The notes under the pieces are model-generated. The model saw only the letters and a program-made list of their open reading frames with translations. It was not told the origin of the DNA and did not search any database. Positions 18,730 through 28,408 of a stretch of DNA of 64,000 nucleotides are shown one piece after another; within the stretch, counting starts at the first letter, position 1, and each line of letters begins with the position of its first letter. The translations under genes and the position numbers were made by a program. This DNA is from an uncultured Verrucomicrobiae bacterium. Its GTDB lineage: Bacteria; Verrucomicrobiota; Verrucomicrobiia; Chthoniobacterales; UBA10450. Where the stretch lies: positions 96,001 through 160,000 of the forward strand of contig CAWDGJ010000003.1 of NCBI GenBank assembly GCA_963801815.1. Reading direction: 5' to 3'.

Positions 18730-19506
18730 ATGAACGGCCAACCTCCAAAGTCATCCTCGCTCACTCGCCAGGGAATGGACTATGGCGAGACGGCCGATGT
18801 GCAGGAAGTGCACGCTGCAATTCAGCGCGAAAAGCGCGAACCTCGGGTGGGGCTTGAGCCGCTCTCAATCTGGCTGATCGCCGTTTATGGTCTCGCCATT
18901 TTTGCCGGAGGCGCTTATTTGGGGCGCTACTCCGGAAACTTTTCCGGTGACGGACTCGATCCAATGATGGGCCTACCGCCCGCGAAAAAAGGCGGCGGCG
19001 CACAAGGCGAACAGCAACAAGTCGAACTCTCCCCGCACGATCGCGGCAAGAAGATTTTTTCGGCCAATTGTCAGACTTGTCATCAAGCGAACGGTGAAGG
19101 CGTTCCCGGTCAATATCCACCGCTCGCCGGTTCGGAATTCACGAATGGTGGTTCGCGTCGTATGGCGATGATTGTGCTCAAGGGCTTGCAAGGACCGGTG
19201 AAAGTAAAAGGCCAGCAGTTTGGTAGCGCGGTTATGCAACCGTGGGACAAAACCTTGACCGACCAAAAAATCGCGGACGTTATGACCTACGAGCGCAGTG
19301 AGTGGGGAAATCAAGCTAGTCCGGTCTCAGCCGAGCAAATTGCCGCTTTACGGAAAGAGCTCGCAAGCCATCCGGAATCGTACTCTGAGCACGATATTCT
19401 CGCTGCTCCGGACGAGGATATCCCCGGAGGTGGCGCGCCGGCGGGACAAGCTCCGCCCAAGCCCGGCGAAGTGTCTAAACCAGCACCGCCGAAACCGGGC
19501 GGATAG
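18730..19506 (+). CDS. Membrane-anchored monoheme cytochrome c
   Basis: TM followed by GKKIFSANCQTCHQANGEG..YPPLAGS, axial Met in AVMQPW, and IADVMTYERSEWGN. Confidence 0.88.
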   Translation: MNGQPPKSSSLTRQGMDYGETADVQEVHAAIQREKREPRVGLEPLSIWLIAVYGLAIFAGGAYLGRYSGNFSGDGLDPMMGLPPAKKGGGAQGEQQQVELSPHDRGKKIFSANCQTCHQANGEGVPGQYPPLAGSEFTNGGSRRMAMIVLKGLQGPVKVKGQQFGSAVMQPWDKTLTDQKIADVMTYERSEWGNQASPVSAEQIAALRKELASHPESYSEHDILAAPDEDIPGGGAPAGQAPPKPGEVSKPAPPKPGG

Positions 19507-19509
19507 TTT

Positions 19510-22344
19510 TTACACGATCGCATCCGCGATCACTTCGGCCATGTGCTTCGGCCGACGCTCGGTCAGATCCACAATCTGGTGGCGGCAACTAGTGCCCGAC
19601 GCAATCATGACGTCCGGTTGTTTATCGTCGATCTTCTGAAGTAGATCGGTCGCGACTTGCTTGGACAGTTCGTACTTTTCAGCCAGCGCGCCGAACCCGC
19701 CGGCCATTCCGCAACAACCGGTCTCGAGTAAGGTCGCGTTCCGGCCCGGTAATCTTTCGGCCAGGCGCTTCAGGAACGCCACGTCGGTCAGCGACTTGGC
19801 GTGGCAATGCGCGTGGATCGCAACGTTTGTCTGGCGCTCTTTAAATCGGAGCGCGTCCGGCTCGCGCTCCAACAAATCTTCGATAAATCTCTCGAAGAGA
19901 ACGCAGCGTTCGCCGATCTTGTCCGCGTTTGCGATTTTCAGTTCGCGGTAATCGTCCACGAACATCGACCAACAGGATGGTTCGAGAAAGACAATCGGAA
20001 GTTGAGAGTTGATGGTTGAGAGTTGAGAGACGTTGTGCTGGCCGAGTCGGGCGGCGAAATCCAAATTTCCCTGACTGAAAGCTGGGCGCCCACAACATTT
20101 TCGATTTCGAAACAGCTCGACTTCGAAGCCGAGCGCTTCGAGCACTTTCACTGCGGCAATTCCGATGTTGGGTTCGTGATAGCGGACAAACGTGTCGTCC
20201 CACAGAAGCACTTTGCCGCGCGGCCGATTCGCACCATTTTGGTTCGCGTGTTTGGCAAACCAGCGGTCGAATCGTTTGCGCGCGTATCGCGGTAGCGAGC
20301 GCTTCGCCGAAATACCGAGCGTCTTCTCCATGAAACCGCGGACAGGTGGAAGATCAGCAATCACGTTCGCCAACCAGGGCACTGTGCAACCAACTTGGCC
20401 GAGAAGGTCGATGTTGCTGAAAATTCTCTCACGAACCGGCAAACCGTCGCGTCTCCAGCGTGCGTAAAGCATCTCGGCCTTGAGCAGCGCGAGATTAACA
20501 TTTGAGGGACACTCCGGCGTACATCCTTTGCACGACAAACAATTCGAGAGTGCGGCATCCAACTCCGCGGAATTCAAAGGATCGTGACCGTTCGCCTTCA
20601 GTTCGAGCGACTGCCGAATGATGTTCGCGCGTCCGCGCGTTGACATGATTTCATCGCCGGTCGCAATGAACGTCGGACACATAATTGGGGCGTCTTTACG
20701 GCAGCCGCCGCATCCGTTGCACTGTTCCAGATTGCCGATGAACGAGCGATCCTTGAACGCAAAGGCGAGCCGTGGCTCAAACGGCAAACCGATTGGCCGC
20801 GTGAAATTGTTGCGGAGGTGATTGTCGATTCGGTAGGCGAACCCAAAAATCTTTCCAGGATTGAAAATATTCTTCGGATCGAAGATCTGCTTGATCTCAC
20901 GCATCACGTTGAGGAGCGCGTCCCCGAGTTGCTCCCGCATGTATTCCGTGCGCGCAATGCCGACGCCGTGCTCGGCCGAAAGCGAGCCTTTAAACTGACG
21001 GACGAGCACTGACGTTTGATCGGCGACCAGGCGATACTTTTTCAAATCTTCCGCGGTGTGCAGATCGAGGACCGGCCGGACGTGGAGCAAGCCGCTGGCA
21101 GCGTGGCCGTAATAGCTCGCTTCGAGTCCGAGCGACTTCATGATCGATTGCAGACCGCGGACGTAATCGGGCAATTGCGCCGGGCGAACGGCGGCGTCTT
21201 CGATGAACGCGACCGGCTTCTTTGGACCCACGCAACCTGTTAGCAGCGAAAGCCCCGCTTTGCGCACGGACCAAACCAAGGTCATTTCGTTTGCGTCGCG
21301 GCAAATCTTGACGCGCGATCCAAGCTTCCGTGATTCGAGCTTCGACAGCTTTTCGTCGACATCGCCATAGAATTCGACGAGCAACATCGCCTCGCACGGC
21401 TTCACATCGAGCTCCAGCAAATCACGCGCGGCCTGGAAATGGAGTTGGCCTTTGGTTTGGTCGAGCAGGGGACGATCGATATGCTCGATTGCAGCCGGTT
21501 TGAGATCGAGCAATTCCACTGTGGCTTGCATCGCGTCCATCACCGAATCGAAAAAGATGAGGCCGAGGCCTTTCTCGGTTGGAAGCGGCGAGATCTTTAG
21601 CTCGGCAGAAAAAATTGCCGCGAGCGTACCTTCACTGCCGGCGAGAATTTCGTTCAAGTTCGTGGAGGAGCGCGAAAACCGTTCGATTCCGTAACCGGGC
21701 CAGCGCTTGAGAATTCCTGGCGGCCAGCGCTCTGCCATTTCGGCTGCGTGGGCGCGAACGAGATTGTCGATCTTCGTCCGCTCATCGCCCAACGATCCAG
21801 CGGCCGACCCAATCGTAACGGTTCGTCCGTCGGCCAAGACAATCTCGATTGAGACGACGTGGTCGGCAGTAGTCCCGTAAACCGGAACTCGCGCGCCGGA
21901 CGAATTGTTGGCGATCATTCCGCCGATCGTGGCGCGCGAGCTGGTGGCGACGTCGGGACCGAAACAGAATCCATGCGGTTTAAGGAAGGCGTTGAGCTGG
22001 TCGAGCACGACGCCGGCACCGACGCGAACACTGCGCTTGTCGACGTTGAGATTGTCGATCTCGCGATTGTGGCGCGAGAAATCGACGATCAATCCCTCGC
22101 CGATTGCGTTTCCAACCAGGCTGGTGCCGGCGCCGCGTGGGGTGACGGAAATGTTTTCGTCCGCTGCGGCTTTTATCACCGCGCTGGCTTGTTCGACGCT
22201 AGTCGGAAAGGCGACACCGAGTGGCTCGATTTGATAGATGGAAGCGTCTGTGGCGTAAAGCTGGCGGGTGAGGTCATCAAAATAGACATCGCACCCAGTT
22301 ACGCGGATTTTTCGTTGAACGTCGGGACTGATCACGGCCGTCAA
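19510..22344 (-). CDS. FAD-linked oxidoreductase with Fe-S and CCG domains (GlcD/GlcF fusion, YdiJ-like 2-hydroxyacid dehydrogenase)
   Basis: YATDASIY, PRGAGTSL, GSEGTLA, SAEHGVG, CNGCGGC, CLSCKGC..ECP, CCGRP and CCGMAG. Confidence 0.9.
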   Translation of the reverse strand: MTAVISPDVQRKIRVTGCDVYFDDLTRQLYATDASIYQIEPLGVAFPTSVEQASAVIKAAADENISVTPRGAGTSLVGNAIGEGLIVDFSRHNREIDNLNVDKRSVRVGAGVVLDQLNAFLKPHGFCFGPDVATSSRATIGGMIANNSSGARVPVYGTTADHVVSIEIVLADGRTVTIGSAAGSLGDERTKIDNLVRAHAAEMAERWPPGILKRWPGYGIERFSRSSTNLNEILAGSEGTLAAIFSAELKISPLPTEKGLGLIFFDSVMDAMQATVELLDLKPAAIEHIDRPLLDQTKGQLHFQAARDLLELDVKPCEAMLLVEFYGDVDEKLSKLESRKLGSRVKICRDANEMTLVWSVRKAGLSLLTGCVGPKKPVAFIEDAAVRPAQLPDYVRGLQSIMKSLGLEASYYGHAASGLLHVRPVLDLHTAEDLKKYRLVADQTSVLVRQFKGSLSAEHGVGIARTEYMREQLGDALLNVMREIKQIFDPKNIFNPGKIFGFAYRIDNHLRNNFTRPIGLPFEPRLAFAFKDRSFIGNLEQCNGCGGCRKDAPIMCPTFIATGDEIMSTRGRANIIRQSLELKANGHDPLNSAELDAALSNCLSCKGCTPECPSNVNLALLKAEMLYARWRRDGLPVRERIFSNIDLLGQVGCTVPWLANVIADLPPVRGFMEKTLGISAKRSLPRYARKRFDRWFAKHANQNGANRPRGKVLLWDDTFVRYHEPNIGIAAVKVLEALGFEVELFRNRKCCGRPAFSQGNLDFAARLGQHNVSQLSTINSQLPIVFLEPSCWSMFVDDYRELKIANADKIGERCVLFERFIEDLLEREPDALRFKERQTNVAIHAHCHAKSLTDVAFLKRLAERLPGRNATLLETGCCGMAGGFGALAEKYELSKQVATDLLQKIDDKQPDVMIASGTSCRHQIVDLTERRPKHMAEVIADAIV
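20001..20028. repeat. Four tandem 7-bp units (GTTGAGA/GTTGATG) inside the oxidoreductase CDS
   Basis: gttgaga gttgatg gttgaga gttgaga; encodes SQLSTINSQL on the minus strand. Confidence 0.75.
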
Positions 22345-22409
22345 TTTATCACAAGAATACGAGCTCGAGAGGGTCTGGCAGGTGAAATGCTATCAATGCC
22401 GTCCAAGCA

Positions 22410-22757
22410 GTGAGCATCACGCTTAAGAGCAAGATCCGTTACAACGGGAAAGAGTATTCCAGTCCCGCGGAATTGCCGCCCGAAGTCCGGCTGGCTTACG
22501 AAAAGGCATTGCACGAGGGGATCGTGAAAAAGAAATTCGTCGTGAACGGTGCCCAGTTCGCGAGCGAAGACGCCATGCCGGCGGACGTTCGAAAGCTTTG
22601 TGACGACGTGATGAGCGTTATAGAGAACAACGGTGAGGTTACAATTCCCAATGGCCAGAATTCCGAACCGCTCCTGACCAAGCGCGAAATCGCAATCGCG
22701 GTGGCGTTTGGGGTTGGAATTCTCGCGCTGGTCCTCGCGCGGATTGCGCATGGCTAA
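22410..22757 (+). CDS. Hypothetical protein with two NG..Y/F.S..E/A..P..VR repeats and a C-terminal TM
   Basis: Internal duplication YNGKEYSSPAELPPEVR / VNGAQFASEDAMPADVR; hydrophobic C-terminus. Confidence 0.7.
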   Translation: MSITLKSKIRYNGKEYSSPAELPPEVRLAYEKALHEGIVKKKFVVNGAQFASEDAMPADVRKLCDDVMSVIENNGEVTIPNGQNSEPLLTKREIAIAVAFGVGILALVLARIAHG

Positions 22758-23827
22758 CGAGGGAGGTCCGAAAACAACGGTATCTGCAATTCCTCGCGCT
22801 CGGTCTCGGCAAAACGCACGCCTACTCCGATCAAACGCACTTTTTTCCCTGTGCGGCGGAAGGCTTCGGCCAATAGCGATCGGAACGCGAGCAACGTTGG
22901 CTCCAAACCCGCGCACTCGGCAGTTGTCCGCGTGAAGTCGGCGAACTTCAGTTTCACAAAGATTTTCGCGATACGCCGTTCAGCTTCTTTTCCGGCGAGG
23001 TCGGCCATCAATTCTTCGAAGAGCTCATCAAGCCGCTGCTCGCACTCGTCGAGCGTCTCGAGATCGCTCACGAAAGTTTCTTCGGTGCTGAGCGACTTGC
23101 GCGGCCGGTCAGGCTCAACTGGGCGGTCATCGATTCCGCGGCAAAGGTCGAACAGTTCGCTCCCAAATTTGCCGAAAAGATCGACAAGTTCCGGTCGCGA
23201 AAAACGCTGAAGTTCTCCGCAAGTCCGGACTCCGAGTTCCCGTAATCGATTTTCCGTTTTTTCGCCAATGCCCCAGATTTCGCGGACAGGAAGATCCTTC
23301 ATGAACTCGGGGACCTCGCTGGCCGTAACTTCGAGCTGACCGTTAGGCTTTCGCATCGTGCTGGCGATCTTGGCGATCAACTTGTTTGGCCCGATGCCTG
23401 CCGAGGACGTTAGCTTCGTTCTTCGGAAGATTTGGTCGCGTATCACTTGCGCAAGCGGACCCGGCGGACCCGGATGCGCGCTGACGTCGAGGTAAGCTTC
23501 ATCCAGCGAAAGCGGTTCAACCAAAGGGGTGAAGCGATGGAGAATCTCCCGAACCACGGCGGCTTCGCGCCGGTAAACATCGAATCGTGTCGGCAATACG
23601 ATCAGTTTCGGACAACGCTGTAATGCCATGAAGGTCGGCATCGCTGAATGCACCCCGAATGCCCGCGCTTCGTAGTTGCATGTTGTCAGGACACCACGAC
23701 GGTCCCGCGCTCCGCCGACGCCTACTGGCTTTCCGCGAAGCGATGGCTGGTCTCGGACCTCGATTGCCGCGTAGAAGCAGTCCATGTCGAGATGAATGAT
23801 GGCGCGCGATGCCAGGTTGTTTTCCAC
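22754..23827 (-). CDS. dinB: DNA polymerase IV
   Basis: HLDMDCFYA, CNYEARAFGVHSAMP, SLDEAYLD and NKLIAKIAS. Confidence 0.95.
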   Translation of the reverse strand: MENNLASRAIIHLDMDCFYAAIEVRDQPSLRGKPVGVGGARDRRGVLTTCNYEARAFGVHSAMPTFMALQRCPKLIVLPTRFDVYRREAAVVREILHRFTPLVEPLSLDEAYLDVSAHPGPPGPLAQVIRDQIFRRTKLTSSAGIGPNKLIAKIASTMRKPNGQLEVTASEVPEFMKDLPVREIWGIGEKTENRLRELGVRTCGELQRFSRPELVDLFGKFGSELFDLCRGIDDRPVEPDRPRKSLSTEETFVSDLETLDECEQRLDELFEELMADLAGKEAERRIAKIFVKLKFADFTRTTAECAGLEPTLLAFRSLLAEAFRRTGKKVRLIGVGVRFAETEREELQIPLFSDLPR

Positions 23828-23934
23828 ATCGAAAATCTAGCTTCAAACCGGGTTCATCTCACCTTTTGCAGATGTTATGGATTGACGGGAAAAAGCGAAA
23901 TCGCTAAACATGGTCTCCCACGCGCAGGCCGGCC

Positions 23935-24864
23935 ATGTCTCTTATCCCGAGCGAATCGTACAGTTTTCCGGACCATTTCACGAGGACGGTGGTTCCGTCT
24001 CGCAGACCGAAAGAAGAGAAAGCCTCGGCGGAGAAAGTCCGAACGAAGCCTACGATTGTTGCATTGCCTGATCCGAAGCCAGAGCCTGTGATCGCCACCG
24101 GTCCTATCGAGCCAGAAGTAAATCCGAAACCTCGGGAACCAGAAGTTCCGCAACCCAAAGCTCCTTTCCCAACGGCCAATCCCGCGCTTCGTCGCGCTCA
24201 GGCTCCCCCGCCGCGGATTCCGGACGCGCAAATCCGAAAAGTTGCATTGCCTCCGACTTTGAAACCAAAAGTGCGTTGGAATGACCGCGCTCCGGCGATG
24301 GATCCATCGCAAGTTCGCAACAACGGAAGTGGCAATAGTGCTAACGAAGTCGCGCCAATGCCCGCGTCGCGTCCGGTTCAAAATGTTATTCCAATGCAGG
24401 CGCCCAGAACTGCGCGGCCCTCGCAAAGCGGCCCGCCGCCGATGCCGAAAGCTCCGATGCCGCCATCGCCGATGATGCAAGCTCCGGCGCCGGTCCGAAA
24501 ACCAATTCCAGTGGCAATGCCTGCGCGTCCCGCTCAACCGCAACGAATCCCTCAGAAGGCGCAACCGCCTGCACCTGTCGCTGCGACCCCACAAGCCGAC
24601 TTTTTCGAAATGTTCGCGGATGTCGATTGCGAAGCTGCGAGTAAACGTCGCCGGCAAATGAAATTTCGCCGCTTCGTCGCTTGTGAAATTGCCGCGGTAG
24701 CGGTTTTGCTTCCCCTGATAATTCTGGGACTCACTTTGAATATCACGGCTCCAGCGCTCCGCTGGCTGTTGAACATTTTCACGATTGCCGCCGCGGTTTC
24801 AGCCGCGATAATTCCGATCGTTTTTTACGCGGGCACTCCGACGCTGCCCGAAGTCGAACGCTAG
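23935..24864 (+). CDS. Proline-rich hypothetical protein with two C-terminal TM helices
   Basis: Long Pro-rich low-complexity region followed by two hydrophobic helices. Confidence 0.7.
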   Translation: MSLIPSESYSFPDHFTRTVVPSRRPKEEKASAEKVRTKPTIVALPDPKPEPVIATGPIEPEVNPKPREPEVPQPKAPFPTANPALRRAQAPPPRIPDAQIRKVALPPTLKPKVRWNDRAPAMDPSQVRNNGSGNSANEVAPMPASRPVQNVIPMQAPRTARPSQSGPPPMPKAPMPPSPMMQAPAPVRKPIPVAMPARPAQPQRIPQKAQPPAPVAATPQADFFEMFADVDCEAASKRRRQMKFRRFVACEIAAVAVLLPLIILGLTLNITAPALRWLLNIFTIAAAVSAAIIPIVFYAGTPTLPEVER

Positions 24865-24946
24865 AATTCGGGCGCGCAGCGACAGGATCGACATTTCGTG
24901 GGGAATTGCCTTTTCGCGAAATTTACGCGATTGACGGCCAACGATT

Positions 24947-25642
24947 ATGAAGTCGCCGGTAACTCGAGTGTTCTTGGTGCGACACGGGGCCACCGTATCG
25001 AGCGCGGAGGATCGATTCGCCGGGGCGACTGATGTTGCACTGTCTGATGAAGGTCGGGAGCAAACGCGGCGACTCGCGGACCGGTTGGCTGACGAAAAAA
25101 TAACAGCGATTTACTCATCACCTTTGGCCCGGACAATGGAAACGGCGCAGATTCTGGCCGCGCCACACAACTTGGAGGTCCAAGCCCGCGACGGGCTTCG
25201 CGAAATCAACCATGGTCACTGGGAGCAAATGACTCGGCGTGAAGTCGAGCAGAAATTTCCCGAGGAAATCACCGAATGGGAAAAGGATCCCTACACTTTT
25301 GCCCCGCAGGGCGGGGAAAGTGGCTTGGCAGTGACCGCGCGTGCGTTGCCGGTGCTAATTGATTTGGTGAGACAACACCTTGGCGAACACTTCCTCGCCG
25401 TGTCGCACAAAGCCACCATTCGGCTTCTGTTAAGTTCGCTACTCGGCTTTGATCCGCGCCGATACCGGGACAATCTCGATCAGGAACCCGCCGCCCTAAA
25501 CATTGTCGATTTTCGCGACGCGGCCAACGCGCGGCTAGCGCTCTTCAATGACACCTCGCATTACGACAAAACTGGCGCTGCGATCCCGGGAATCGCCGAG
25601 GCGCGTTTGTCAAAGTTCTGGAACCCGCGGAGCGAGCGTTAA
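24947..25642 (+). CDS. Histidine phosphatase (phosphoglycerate mutase) family protein
   Basis: LVRHG, SSPLARTMETA, EINHGHWE, GGES and VSH. Confidence 0.92.
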   Translation: MKSPVTRVFLVRHGATVSSAEDRFAGATDVALSDEGREQTRRLADRLADEKITAIYSSPLARTMETAQILAAPHNLEVQARDGLREINHGHWEQMTRREVEQKFPEEITEWEKDPYTFAPQGGESGLAVTARALPVLIDLVRQHLGEHFLAVSHKATIRLLLSSLLGFDPRRYRDNLDQEPAALNIVDFRDAANARLALFNDTSHYDKTGAAIPGIAEARLSKFWNPRSER

Positions 25643-25652
25643 TCGTGGAGAA

Positions 25653-26417
25653 GTGACGACGCCTGGTCCTTTAGTGATTGGCGCGACGGGCGGCTCGGGA
25701 ACACGCGTGGTCGCGCGGTTGGCGCGCCACGCGGGCTACGATCTGGGTCGCAACCTGAATTCGGCCGAAGACGCCTTGGAGTTCTATTCGTTTCACGACA
25801 AATGGATTAACCGATTTGTATCGGCGGAACGTCGCGGCACAACGTTGTCGAAATCGGATGTCCAGTGGATGGAGGCCGAATTTCAGTCCGCGCTCGATCG
25901 CCATTGTCCTGAGACAATCAGAAAGGAAAGGCATTGGGGTTGGAAAGCGCCTCGCAGCATTTATTTATTGCGCTTTCTGCACGCGCGACTTCCCGGTTTG
26001 AAATTTATTCATGTCGTGCGCGATGGCCGGGACATGGCGCTTTCCTTAAATCAGGTTCAGTTGCGGAAGCACGGCGGCGCCATTCTGACTTGGAACGAAC
26101 GCTTTTTCCGTTCTAGGCCGGAGCGCTCGCTGCTGCTTTGGGCACGGGTAAATCTGCACGCAGCCGAATTCGGCGAATCGGACCTCCGCGAGAACTATTT
26201 GCGCGTTCGTTATGAGGACCTCTGCGCGAAGCCCGTTGAAACGACCGCACAGGTCATCAATTTCCTCGGTGCGCGAGTTGATCCGGAACCGATCGCGCGT
26301 TCGGAAATTTCGCCACCTTTGACGTTGCAGCGCTGGCGAAACTACCCACCGGCTTTGATTGCCACGCTGGAAGAACTGGGCGGAGATTCCTTGCGTAGAT
26401 TCGGGTATTTAGCGTAA
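25653..26417 (+). CDS. PAPS-dependent sulfotransferase family protein
   Basis: GATGGSGTR, WGWKAPR, FIHVVRDGRD and RYEDL; GGAG precedes the GTG start. Confidence 0.85.
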   Translation: MTTPGPLVIGATGGSGTRVVARLARHAGYDLGRNLNSAEDALEFYSFHDKWINRFVSAERRGTTLSKSDVQWMEAEFQSALDRHCPETIRKERHWGWKAPRSIYLLRFLHARLPGLKFIHVVRDGRDMALSLNQVQLRKHGGAILTWNERFFRSRPERSLLLWARVNLHAAEFGESDLRENYLRVRYEDLCAKPVETTAQVINFLGARVDPEPIARSEISPPLTLQRWRNYPPALIATLEELGGDSLRRFGYLA

Positions 26418-26520
26418 AAATTCACGGGGATTACAGCCGCTGATAAGCCGGCAATCGATCAATTTCTGGCTTTGCAATGAGGCTTTCTCTTTCGATATTG
26501 AACGGCTAACTTTTTCCGCA

Positions 26521-28404
26521 ATGGACGCTTCCACTTCACTCGAACCGCACGGACAACATCATCACGAGGCAGGGCACGAACACGAGCATCACGAGCTTGG
26601 CTTTTGGCGGAAGTATATTTTCTCTACCGACCACAAAGTCATCGGCATTCAGTACGGAATTTGTGGCCTGATCTTTCTGTTCTTCGGCTTTTCGCTGATG
26701 ATGCTGATGCGCTGGCAATTGGCGTATCCGGGCCAGGCGCTCCCGGTCATCGGCAAATGGCTCCCCTATATCTTTGGGCCCAATAGCATGCCGGACGGCA
26801 AGATGACGCCGGAGTTCTACAACTCACTCGGCGCAATGCACGGCACGATCATGATCTTCCTCGGCGTGGTGCCCGTGGCGTTCGCCGCTTTCGGAAATTT
26901 CGTAGTGCCGCTGCAGATCGGCGCGCCGGACATGACATTTCCAAAAGTGAACGCCGCCAGCTTCTGGGCGTTTGCGGTCGGCGGCGTGATCATGCTGACC
27001 AGCTTTTTTGTTCCAGGCGGCGCCGCCAAGGGAGGCTGGACTTCTTACACACCGCTCTCTGACATATCCGACAAAGGGCCGGGGTTTCATCCGTTTTTCA
27101 ATGGGCAAACCTTGTGGCTGGTTGGATTTGTTTTCCTAATCACTTCGTCGTTGCTCGGCGCGATAAATTTCATCACCACCATCATTCAATTGCGCGCCAA
27201 AGGCCTGACCTGGATGCGCCTGCCGTTTTTCGTCTGGTCGCAGTTTGTAACGGCGTTTCTGTTGCTTCTCGCGTTTCCGCCGCTTGAGGCCGCGATCGTC
27301 ATGCAATTGATGGACCGCACCGCCGCCACCAGCTTCTTCCTGCCGGCAGGGATGATCGTCAACGGCGCACCGCTCCACATCAGTGGAGGCGGCAGTCCAC
27401 TGCTGTGGCAGCATTTGTTCTGGTTTCTCGGACATCCCGAAGTTTACGTTTTGATTTTGCCGGCGTTTGGAATCGTTGGCGAAATCCTCGCGAACAATTC
27501 GCGCAAGCCACTCTGGGGTTACAAGTCGCTTGTCTTCTCCGTGCTCGTGATCGGATTTCTCTCGTTTATCGTCTGGGCGCATCACATGTGGCTCACCGGA
27601 ATGGGCTCCACCGTGAGCGCGTTTTTCCAAACCACCACGCTATTGATTTCCATCCCATCGGTGATCATCTTGAGCGCGTTCTTTATTTCGCTGTGGGGCG
27701 GTTCGATTCGATTCAACGTCCCGATGCTTTTCGTGACGGCGTTTCTACCGATGTTCGGCATCGGCGGATTAACCGGCATCCCGCTCGCGTTTAATTCTGC
27801 TGACCTCTTATCTGCACGACACCTATTACGTCATCGCGCATTTCCATTACATCGTCGCACCGGGGACCATCTTCGCGATTGTTCGCCGGCGTTTATTATT
27901 GGTTTCCGAAAGCGACCGGCCGGCAAATGAGCGAGTTCTGGGGCAAAGTGCATTTCTGGCCGTCGCTCATCTGCATGAACGTCATTTTTCTGCCGATGTT
28001 TTTGCAGGGGATGCTTGGAATGCATCGCCGCTGGTACGATGGCGGTCAGGGGTGGACGTTGTCCGGCGAACACATTTGGGGCCTGACCGGGTTTCAATGG
28101 AACACGCCGATCTCCTGGGCGGCGTGGATCATGGGCACTCGCCCAGATTCCGTTCATCATCAATTTCTTCTGGAGCATCAAGCACGGCAAAAAAGTGAAC
28201 GACAATCCGTGGGAGGCGACTACGCTCGAATGGACCGCGCCCTCGCCGCCGCCGCACGGAAATTTTGTGACGACTCCAGTCGCGTATCGCGGGCCCTACG
28301 AATACAGCCTGCCCGGACGCGAAAAAGATTTCACCATGCAAAACGAACCGGTCGAACCCTCGGAACGATCAAGGAGAATGGCCGAACCGGCGCTGGTGCA
28401 TTAA
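26521..28404 (+). CDS. ctaD: Cytochrome c oxidase subunit I, A1-type; three +1 frameshifts near 27808, 27878 and 28137 (likely sequence errors)
   Basis: STDHK, MHG, FWFLGHPEVY and WAHHM; after frame repair LHDTYYVIAHFHY, MHRRWY and NPWEATTLEW. Confidence 0.92.
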
Positions 28405-28408
28405 TCGC

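Noticed and set aside
16250..19506. Functional cbb3 high-affinity oxidase
   Set aside because: The CuB and heme b3 ligands are absent, and there is no diheme CcoP or ccoGHIS in the window.
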